Shown here piece by piece: positions 49,520-59,780 of a stretch of 64,000 bases of DNA. The notes under the pieces were generated by a model. It was not told the origin of the DNA and ran no database searches. It worked only from the letters and a program-made list of their open reading frames with translations. Where the stretch lies: the NCBI RefSeq assembly GCF_032444005.1, contig NC_091283.1, positions 373,674,001 to 373,738,000 of the forward strand, written 5' to 3'. The first letter of the stretch is position 1, and each line of letters starts with the position of its first letter. This DNA comes from Ranitomeya imitator. Lineage: Eukaryota. A program made the position numbers and the translations under genes.

Positions 49520-50100
49520 AAATTGGTCTGCATGGCTGCCGTTGTAGAAGGAAGCCTCTTCTAAAGATGACGCACAAGAAACTCCGCAAACAGCTTGCTG
49601 AAGACAAGAAGACTGAAGACATGGATTACTGGAACTATGTCCTGTGGTCTGATGAGACCAAGATAAACTTATTTGATTCAGATGGTGTCAAGCAATAGGT
49701 GAGGAGTACAAAGACAATTGTGTCTGGCCTACAGTCAAGCATGGTGGTGGGAGTGTCATGGTTTGGGGCTACATGAGTGCTGCACACTGTGGGGAGCTAG
49801 AGTTCATTGAGGTGACCATGAATGCCAACATGTACTGTGGCATACTGAAGCAGAGTATGATCTCCTCCTTTCGGACCCTGGGCCGCAGGCTAGTATTCCA
49901 ACATGAAAACAAGACCAAACACACCCCCAAGATGACCACTGCCTTGCTAAAGAAACTGAGGGTAAAAGCAGACTCCTGAATTTCCCTGACTCACGAGCCC
50001 TGGGTAAAAGTACTATACTGGCCACTTTTGTTGCTAGCGGTTTAGACATTAATGGCTGTGTGTTGAGTTATTTTGAAGGCACAACAAATTTACACTGTGT
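49520..50100 (+). mobile_element. Tc1 transposase fragment
   Basis: VLWSDETKINLF, VKHGGGSVMVWG, VFQH..KHT. Confidence 0.8.
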
Positions 50101-50439
50101 GAGGCAGTGATCGGTGTCATATGCGAGGGTCGCTGTGTGTCCCCCCAGGATACACACAGGCGTATTGAGGCCGCGACAGTGCATTGCAGTCACAAGCAGA
50201 GCTGTGATTGCAATGCAAAATAAATGTATGTGTTGGTCTTGGGCAAGCTACTTATCCAAGGCAGACTTAAGAAAACCTGCTCTGTGCTTTTGGTTTTTTT
50301 AAATGGACTACAGGATGGTAGTGGGATATTCACTTTTTTTCTACTTATTTTTTTTTTTCACATTACCTTAATTATCAGATATAAAGAAGAACACTTCACA
50401 ACCTCTTTTTTCTTCCGTCCTTTTTTCCTTTTTCTCACC

Positions 50440-51400
50440 GTGAGCTTTAATATACACTTTTCTCGGTATATTATTGGTTAATAAGTTAGTCCGCACAGTC
50501 CTCCTGTCACTTCTTTTTTTATTCTTTCTGATTATCTCAGTGCGCGGTCAGCGCATGCGCAGTTTGGGGCGACTCTGTGACTTTCTGTCCCGCCCTCTGC
50601 TGGATGCAGTGCGTTCCACGCCTGCGTTCCAGGCATGCGGCAAGGGAAGTCACTATTTCAATAGAGGAAGCCCGGAAAACCGCGCATGCGCAATGATACG
50701 CCGGAGACGCTGACATATGAATCAGCTGTGTATGTGCGCGCAAGGAGGGTTTAAATAGATGGATATACTATAGTACACATACACGCCCCCATTTGAGGAA
50801 GCCAGTATGGCGAAACGGCGCTGTCGGGGTCACTGATGGTCTCTCCTGTGTAGGTAATAGTATTCACATGCTGGGATACTTTTTTACATTTCTTATTGCA
50901 CTTTAGATCCTAATCTTCTGAAATTGCTGCTAGTCTGGTTGCAATATGCATAGTTGTACAGCACGGAGCACTTTATATAGTGCCGGTCACTAATGCTGCT
51001 AGTCAATATAACTATATGCATTTTTGCACAGCGCTATGCACTTTATATACACCATGTTAGGACATACATAGTTATTATATAACACTGTCCAGGTTCAAGG
51101 GAAATTTTTTGGCAGTCAGCAATTTCCTTCTGTCTTGCCGCCCCAAAAAATTACTTTTTGCATGATGCATTTTTCTTAACGGGCGTTATAGATTTTGTAG
51201 GATTTATGGGATGTATTTATATATTAATTTATAAGAATATTCTTTGAACCTTTTGGATTGTGTATTCCCAGAATAACTTAATTCTTGCACATGTGTTACC
51301 ATCAGTTATTTCAATTTTGAAACTTCCTTGTCTTGTTTTATGTGAGATTTTAAATATTTTTTTGTTAATAAAAATATATATTTTATCTACTTGTGCCTTA
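50440..51400 (+). mobile_element. Penelope-like pLTR remnant
   Basis: gcgcatgcgc-rich core, tttaaatag, hammerhead-like motif, AT-rich 3' part ending near aataaaa; same layout as 8560-9311. Confidence 0.5.
50786..50829 (+). ncRNA. Minimal hammerhead-ribozyme-like motif
   Basis: cccc-at-TTGAGGA-a-gcca(gta)tggc-GAAA-cggcgctGTC-gggg. Confidence 0.5.
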
Positions 51401-52389
51401 CCCTTTGTATTTTGCCAGTTATCTACCTGGTAAATATGAGTTGATTAGGATGGTAGTGGGGCAATCCATTTCCTACCTGGGTGGGGTTTCCTTGTGGCCT
51501 AGGGCCACAGGTTCCTTGTAGAAGCCCCTGAAGCAGAGGGTTGGATGTCAGTTTGGTTTTGCAAGCATGCTATGTGTTCTGTGAGGCAACACAGGCAAGC
51601 GGAGCAAAAAGCCTTGGCACCCACAGCGTACAGGGCGGTGCAGTCGGCCACGGCAACCAGCCTCGGATGTGGACTGTTTTGTTTCCCGGCTGCGATTCAG
51701 AGGATATCGAGTGCTGTGTATTTTCTGTGAGTTGGACATTAAAACACATTTTGCTTTGAACTTTGCTGGGTCATTGCCTCATCACTGCACAGTGTTGATA
51801 CTGCTGCACTACAACTGTTACAAAAGCTGTACACTGACTACCTTACTTTGTATCAAAATGGAGCAATTGTTTTTTTAAGCAACTTTTGGAATTTTTTTTC
51901 ACCACTTAAATAATGAACAAGCTAGACATTTTTGGTGTCTATGAACTCGTAATGATCTGGAGAATCATAATGGCAGGTCAGTTTTAGCATTTAGTGAACC
52001 AAGCAAAAAGCTAAACAAAAAACAAGTGTGGGATTGCACTTTTTTTTGCAATTTCACGGCAGTTGGAATTTTTTTTACCATTTTCTAGTACACGACATGG
52101 TAAAACCAATGGTGTTGTTCAAAAGTACAACTCGTCCAGCAAAAAAATAGCCCTCACATGGCCATATTGACGGAAAAACAAAAAAGTTATGGCTCTTGGA
52201 AGGGGGAGGGGGGGGGGGGGCAAAAAACGAAAACACAAAACTGAAAAAAGCTTCGGGGTTAAACATCTCAATAAGACCAGAGAGGACTTCAAACCGCTCT
52301 ACAGTTTCCGGAGGTGTGCAGCTCCGCAACTGAGCCAAATCCAAATGTGATCCCGCCGGTAGAGGGACGTAGGTCCTCTTGAATTCATT

Positions 52390-52685
52390 AGATGGCCCTA
52401 TATGCCCACTAAAAATAGTCAGACGCTATATGGTAATAAGACATACAATCAGATTCTTTCTCTCACATACGGACGGGTCCCCTTTTACTAAATATCAGTT
52501 TCACGCAATTTTTAAAGTGCTTAGAAGCGGTCGACGTCAATCCACAGGCATACGGGACACATTACTTCCAAATAGGGGCCGCCACCGAAGTAGCTAGAGC
52601 TGATGTATCGGAGGTCGAAGTGCAGAGAATGGGTCGCTGGAAATCTGCATGCTTTGCTAGGTATATAAGACCTGATTTGCTCAAG
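52390..52685 (+). pseudogene. Ngaro-like tyrosine-recombinase C-terminal fragment
   Basis: CPLK..H.DGSPFTKYQF..THYFQIGAAT..VQRMGRWKS..FARYIRP matches the HSFRIGAAT / GRW.S..Y.RYIR pattern. Confidence 0.7.
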
Positions 52686-53187
52686 TAACACACCTCGTCT
52701 CTTTCAGGAGTCCGTAAGCCTGCAGTTTGGGTAATTGGACACTCATACAGTACAGACCAAAAGTTTGGACACACCTTCTCATTTAAAGATTTTTCTGTAT
52801 TTTCATGACTATGAAAATTGTACATTCACACTGAAGGCAACAAAACTATGAATTAACACATGTGGAATTTACTTAACAAAAAAGTGTGAAACAACTGAAA
52901 TTATGTCTTATATTCTAGGTTCTTCAAAGTAGCCACCTTTTGCTTTGATGACTGCTTTGCACACTCTTGGCATTCTCTTGATGAGCTTCAAGAGGTAGTC
53001 ACCGGGAATGGTCTTCCAACAATCTAGAAGGAGTTCCCAGAGATGCTTAGCACTTGTTGGCCTTTTTGCCTTCACTCTGCGGCCCAGCTCACCCCAAACC
53101 ATCTCGATTGGGTTCAGGTCTGGTGATTGTGGAGGCCAGATCATCTGGCATAGCACCCCATCACTCTCCTTCTTGGTCAAATAGCCC

Positions 53188-53304
53188 TTAGGTTCTGTAG
53201 AAGGACGTGGATCTGGGGATTTATCATGATGGAATATAGGCTGAACTGGATGGACAAATGTCTTTTTTCGGCCTTACTAACTATGTTACTATGTTACTAT
53301 GTTA
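53188..53304 (+). mobile_element. CR1 3' tail micro-insertion
   Basis: Nearly identical to 17261-17373, including (CTATGTTA)n. Confidence 0.9.
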
Positions 53305-53448
53305 CACAGCCTGGAGGTGTGTTTGGAGTCATTGTCCTGTTGAAAAATAAAATAATGATCCAACTAAACGCAAACCGGATGGAATAGCATGACGCTGCAA
53401 GATGCTGTGGTAGCCATGGTGGTTCAGTATGCCTTCAATTTTGAATAA

Positions 53449-55361
53449 TTAAGTAAATAAGGCAGCACACTGCAGCGCCAAAACATGCAAACTTGAAAAC
53501 ACGAAATTTGAACTGCATTACTGCACTAGAAATATGAAAAATGAGAGCTTTTAGCGCATAAAAATGGCCAATTTTATGTGTACCTGGTAGCCCCTTTACG
53601 GCATCTCTCTTATACCAGGTCCTACGCTTGCCTTACCTCGCTGAGAATAAACGTCTCCATCTGAATGGGTACATGTGAAACCTCTTCTTAGACTAAAATT
53701 CTCTCTCTCTGTGGAGGGGTATTGGACCTGCTGTAATTAAAACACCTGAAGCTAGGAGGAGGAGTGCACGATCAGAAGGCTAGAGAATACACTTCAGGTG
53801 TTTTAATTACAGCAGGTCCAATACCCCTCCACAGAGAGAGAGAGAATTTTAGTCTAAGAAGAGGTTTCACATGTACCCATTCAGATGGAGACGTTTATTC
53901 TCAGCGAGGTAAGGCAAGCGTAGGACCTGGTATAAGAGAGATGCCGTAAAGGGGCTACCAGGTACACATAAAATTGGCCATTTTTATGCGCTAAAAGCTC
54001 TCATTTTTCATATTTCTAGTGCAGTAATGCAGTTCAAATTTCGTGTTTTCAAGTTTGCATGTTTTGGCGCTGCAGTGTGCTGCCTTATTTACTTAAAGGG
54101 ACACTGTCACCTGAATTTGGAGGGAACAATCTTCAGCCATGGAGGCGGGGTTTTTGGGTGTTTGATTCACCCTTTCCTTACCCGCTGGCTGCATGCTGGC
54201 TGCAATATTGGATTGAAGTTCATTCTCTGTCCTCCATAGTACATGCCTGCACAAGGCAAGATTGCTTTGTGCAGGCGTGTACTATGGAGGACAGAGAATG
54301 AACTTCAATCCAATATTGCAGCCAGCATGCAGCCAGCGGGTAAGGAAAGGGTGAATCAAACACCCAAAAACTCCGCCTCCATGGCTGAAGATTGTTCCCT
54401 CCAAATTCAGGTGACAGTGTCCCTTTAACTATATACGAGTTGGCGACTCTAGGTTCAGCACCTGTTCACACTGAGTCTATGTTTGGATGTGCAGATCAGG
54501 TTTTTGAAATGTATTCTCTAGCCTTCTGATCGTGCACTCCGCCTCCTAGCTTCAGGTGTTTTAATTACAGCAGGTCCAATACCCCTCCACAGAGAGAGAG
54601 AATTTTAGTCTAAGAAGAGGTTTCACATGTACCCATTCAGATGGAGACGTTTATTCTCAGCGAGGTAAGGCAAGCGTAGGACCTGGTATAAGAGAGATGC
54701 CGTAAAGGGGCTACCAGGTACACATAAAATTGGCCATTTTTATGCGCTAAATGCTCTCATTTTTCACATTTCTAGTGCAGTAATGCAGTTCAAATTTCGT
54801 GTTTTCAAGTTTGCATGTTTTGGCGCTGCAGTGTGCTGCCTTATTTACTTAACTATATACGAGTTGGCGACTCTAGGTTCAGCACCTGTTCACACTGAGT
54901 CTATGTTTGGATGTGCAGATCAGGTTTTTGAAATGTATTCTCTAGCCTTCTGATCGTGCACTCCGCCTCCTAGCTTCAGGTGTTTTAATTACAGCAGGTC
55001 CAATACCCCTCCACAGAGAGAGAGAATTTTAGTCTAAGAAGAGGTTTCACATGTACCCATTCAGATGGAGACGTTTATTCTCAGCGAGGTAAGGCAAGCG
55101 TAGGACCTGGTATAAGAGAGATGCCGTAAAGGGGATACCAGGTACACATAAAATTGGCCATTTTTATGCGCTAAAAGCTCTCATTTTTCATATTTCTAGT
55201 GCAGTAATGCAGTTCAAATTTCGTGTTTTCAAGTTTGCATGTTTTGGCGCTGCAGTGTGCTGCCTTATTTACTTAACTATATACGAGTTGACGACTCTAG
55301 GTTCAGCACCTGTTCACGCTGAGTCTATGTTTGGATGTGCAGATCAGGTTTTTGAAATGAA
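53449..55361. mobile_element. Non-coding insertion of 424-bp units (inverted partial copy plus ~2.9 direct copies)
   Basis: 15-bp TSD TTCAATTTTGAATAA at 53434-48 and 55362-76; period 424 (54837 vs 55261). Confidence 0.88.
54097..54424. mobile_element. T2-family MITE, 328 bp, near-perfect palindrome
   Basis: TTAA TSD; TIR agggacactgtcacctgaatttgg; the sister tandem units show the empty TTAA site. Confidence 0.95.
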
Positions 55362-56628
55362 TTCAATTTTGAATAAATCCCCAACAGTGTCACCAGCAAA
55401 GCACCCCCACACCATCACACCTCCTCCTCCATGCTTCACGGTGGGATCCAGGCATGTAGAGTCCATCCGTTCACCTTTTCTGCGTCGCACAAAGACACGG
55501 TGGTTGGAACCAAAGATCTCAAATTTGGACTCATCAGACCAAAGTACAGATTTCCACTGGTCTAATGTCCATTCCTTGTGTTCTTTAGCCCAAACAAGTC
55601 TCTTCTGCTTGATGCCTGTGCTTAGCAGTGGTTTCCTAGCAGCTATTTTACCATGAAGGCCTGCTGCACAAAGTCTCCTCTTAACAGTTGTTGTAGAGAT
55701 GAGTCTGCTGCTAGAACTCTGTGTGGCATTGACCTGGTCTCTAATCTGAGCTGCTGTTCACCTGCGATTTCTGAGGCTGGTGAACTTATCCTCAGAAGCA
55801 GAGGTGACTCTTGGTCTTCCTTTCCTGCGGCAGTCCTCATGTGCGCCAGTTTCTTTGTAGCGCTTGATGGTTTTTGCCACTGCACTTGGGGACACTTTCA
55901 AAGTTTGCCCAATTTTTCGGACTGACTGACCTTAATTTCTTAAAGTAATGATGGCCACTCATTTTGCTTTACTTAGCTGCTTTTTTCTTGCCATAATACA
56001 AATTCTAACAGTCTATTCAGTAGGACTATCAGCTGTGTATCCACCAGACTTCTGAATAACACAACTGATGGTCCAAACCCCATTTATTAGGCAGGAAATC
56101 CTACTTATTAAACCTGACAGGGCACACCTGTGAATTGAAAACCATTTCCGGTGACTACCTCTTGAAGCTCATCAAGAGAATGCCAAGAGTGTGCAAAGCA
56201 GTCATCAAAGCAAAAGGTGGCTACTTTGAAGAACCTAGAATATAAGACATAATTTCAGTTCACACTTTTTTTGTTAAATATATAATTCCGCATGTGTTAA
56301 TTCATAGTTTTGATGCCTTCAGTGTGAATGTACAATTTTCATAGTCATGAAAATACAGAAAAATCTTTAAATGAGAAGGTGTGCCCAAACTTTTGGTATG
56401 TACTGTATGTCTACTAGGAGAGAAAAAGGGCCGAAATTCGGCCGGGCGGTTTAAATTTAGGTATTCCGAACCTAAGGACACCGGGAACAGCTGATCTGCA
56501 GAGGGGCCGGTGATGGTGGGGGGGGGGAGTCGCCACCGAACTGATCAGACATTGGTGTCCAATATTAAGTAGAGGCCATCAAAGTCTGGAGATCCACTGC
56601 AATATAAACTGGGCTCTTCTCCCACCAC

Positions 56629-57150
56629 CAGGATCAGTGTCCTCAGTACAGGACCGACGCCACAGACATTTCATGGGAAATCCCTTTATTCTAAACTATT
56701 ACACCCGAAATTAGGGAAATTACAGTTTCTCCATTTCTCCAGATTTCTATGGAGACAAAAACTAGACATTTCCATTCCCTGTAATCTCCACCATCTGTCC
56801 CCAAACCAGAGCGCCCTCCCCTGTATACATGAGCACAGCCAGCGTTCTATTACTGTACATATACACATGGCAGAGCTGGGGGCACTATCTCCGGGAATGG
56901 AGGGGTTACTGCCCCCTGCCCCCGCCCAGTAATAGGGAATCTCCAGTACCTACCTCCACCCGCAGAGCCGCACACCACATATATGGCTGTTCTGTGCGCA
57001 CAGGACCTGGGATGAGGTCACAGGAGGGGAGGAGTCAGGGGTCACATGATCAGGGGCCTCAGTGTATGCAGGACTCTGCTGTGCTGGTTGTCATGGTGCT
57101 GGATGAGAGGAAGTTTGTGTGGGGTCAGGAGGGGTCTACAGTGTGGATGT
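56629..57150 (-). promoter_or_regulatory. ZNF-B promoter / non-coding exon 1 cassette
   Basis: ~97% identical to 34758-35280; donor GAG|GTAGGT at 56954/56953. Confidence 0.7.
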
Positions 57151-57643
57151 AGCAGAGCCGTCTGTGTACGAGGTGTACGGAGCAGAGCCGTGTGTGTACG
57201 AGGTGTACGGAGTAGAGCCGTGTGTGTACGAGGTGTAAGGAGCGGAGCCGTGTGTGTACGAGGTGTACGGAGTAGAGCCGTGTGTGTACGAGGTGTAAGG
57301 AGCGGATCCATGTGTGTACGAGGTGTACGTTTAGTGGCCAGTGTCAGGCAGCTGCTGCAAAGGCAAATAAAATAATGGGATGCATTAAAAGAGGCATAGA
57401 TGCTCATGAGGAGAACATAATTTTACCTCTATACAAGTCACTAGTTCGACCACACTTAGAATACTGTGCACAGTTCTGGTCTCCGGTGTATAAGAAAGAC
57501 ATAGCTGAACTGGAGCGGGTGCAGAGAAGAGCGACCAAGGTTATTAGAGGACTGGGGGATCTGCAATACCAAGATAGGTTATTACACTTGGGGTTATTTA
57601 GTTTGGAAAAACGAAGACTAAGGAGTGATCTTATTACAATGTA

Positions 57644-59259
57644 CAGTAATACAGTATTCGGCCCCCTGGAACTTTTCAACCTTTTCCCACATATCATGCT
57701 TCAAACATAAAGATACCAAATGTAATTTTTTAGTGAAGAATCAACAAGTGGAACACAATTGTGAAGTTGAATGAAATTTATTGGTTATTTTAAATTTTTG
57801 TGAAAATTCAAAATCTGAAAAGTGGGGCGTGCAATATTGTTTGGCCGCTTTAACTTAATACTTTGTTGAGCCACCTTTTGCTGTGATTACAGCTGCAAGT
57901 CACTTGGGGTATGTCTCTATCAGTTTTGTACATCGAGAGACTGAAATTCTTGCCCATTCTTCCTTGGCAAACAGCTCGAGCTCAGTGAGGTTTGATGGAG
58001 ATCGTTTGTGAACAGCAGTTTTCAGCTCTTTCCACAGATTCTCGGTTGGATTGAGGTCTGGACTTTGACTTGGCCATTCTAACACCTGGATACGTTTATT
58101 TGTGAACCATTCCATTGTAGACTTTATGTTTGGGATCATTGTCTTATTGGAAGACAAATCTCCGTCCCAGTCTCAGGTCTTTTGCAGACTCCAACAGGTT
58201 TTCTTCAAGAAAGGTCCTGTATATGGCTCCATCCATCTTCCCATCAATTTTAACCATCTTCCCTGTCCCTGCTGAAGAAAAGCAGGCCCAAACCATGATG
58301 CTGCTCCACCATGTTTGACAGTGGGAATGGTGTGTTCAGGGTGATGAGCTATGTTGCCTTTATGCCAAACATATCGTTTGGCATTGTTGGCAAAAAGTTT
58401 GATTTTGGTTTCATCTGACCAGAGCACCTTCTTCCACATGTTTGCTGTGTCTCCCAGGTGGCTTGTTGCAAACTCTAAACAACACATTTTATGGATATCT
58501 TTGAGAAATGGCTTTCTTCTTGCCACTCTCCCATAAAGACCAGATTTGTGCAGTGTACGACTGATTGTTGTCCTATGAACAGACTGTCCCACCTCAGCTG
58601 TAGATCTCTGCAGTTCATCCAGAGTGATCATGGGCCTCTTGGCTGCATCTCTGATCAGTCTTCTCCTTGTTTGAGATGAAAGTTTAGAGGGATGGCCGGG
58701 TCTTGGTAGATTTGCAGTGTTATGATACTCCTTCCATTTCAATATGATCACTTGCACAGTGCTCCTTGGGATATTTAAAGTTTTGGAAATCATTTTGTAT
58801 CAAAATCCAGCTTTAAACTTCTCCACAACAGTATCACGGACCTGCCTGCTGTGTTCCTTGGTCTTCATGATGCTCTCTGTGCTTCAAACAGAAACCTGAG
58901 ACTATCACAGAGCAGGTGCATTTATACGGAGACTTGATTACACACAGGTGGATTATATTTATCATCATTAGGCATTTAGAACAACATTGGATCATTCAGA
59001 GATCCACAATGAACTTCTGGAGGGAGTTTGCTGCACTGAAAGTAAAGGGGCCAAATAATATTGCACGCCCCACGTTTCAGTTTTTGAATTTCCACAAAAA
59101 TTTAAAATAACCAATAAATTTTGGTCAACTTCACAATTGTGTTCCACTTGTTGTTGATTCTTCACCAAAAATTTACATTTGGTATCTTTATGTTTGAAGC
59201 ATGATATGTGGGAAAAGGTTAAAAAGTTCAAGGGGGCCGAATACTTTCGCAACGCACTG
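57644..59259 (-). mobile_element. Tc1 element, full length and decayed
   Basis: TA TSD splits the CR1 aatgTAtaaat; VLWSDETKI and SPDLNPTENLW on the minus strand. Confidence 0.92.
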
Positions 59260-59457
59260 TATAAATATATGAGGGGACATTACAAAGACCTTTCTAATGA
59301 TCTTTTTATTCTTAGACCCTAGGCAGGGGCATCCACTATGTCTGGAGGAAAGAAAGTTTAAGCATAATAACAGACGTGGATTCTTTACTGTAAGAACAGT
59401 GAGACTATGGAACTCTCTGCCGTGTGATGTAATGAGTGATTCATTACTAAAATTTAA

Positions 59458-59780
59458 AGGGACTCTGTCACCTGAATTTGGCGGGACTGGTTTTGGGTCA
59501 TATGGGCGGAGTTTTCGGGTGTTTGATTCACCCTTTCCTTACCCGCTGGCTGCATGCTGGCTGCAATATTGGATTGAAGTTCATTCTCTGTCCTCCATAG
59601 TACACGCCTGCGCAAAGCAATCTTGCCTTGCGCAGGCGTGTACTATGGAGGACAGAGAATGAACTTCAATCCAATATTGCAGCCAACATGCAGCCAGCGG
59701 GTAAGGGTGAATCAAACACCCGAAAACTCCGCCCATATGACCCAAAACCAGTCCCGCCAAATTCAGGTGACAGAGTCCCT
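59458..59780. mobile_element. T2-family MITE, relative of 54097-54424
   Basis: TTAA TSD (59454-57, 59781-84); TIR agggactctgtcacctgaatttgg. Confidence 0.93.

Larger units (their letters stand above)
52748..56405 (-). mobile_element. Tc1 element (~1.6 kb net) carrying two insertions
   Basis: TA TSD; TIR cagtacagaccaaaagtttggacacacc, ~265 bp and overlapping the ORF end; SPDLNPIEMVW on the minus strand. Confidence 0.93.

Noticed and set aside
53792-55357. Hammerhead ribozyme in the 424-bp unit (gtctaagaagagg...ggagacg, or ctgaatg...gaaac on the minus strand)
   Set aside because: Neither strand has a CUGANGA core with compatible stems; too degenerate to call by eye.
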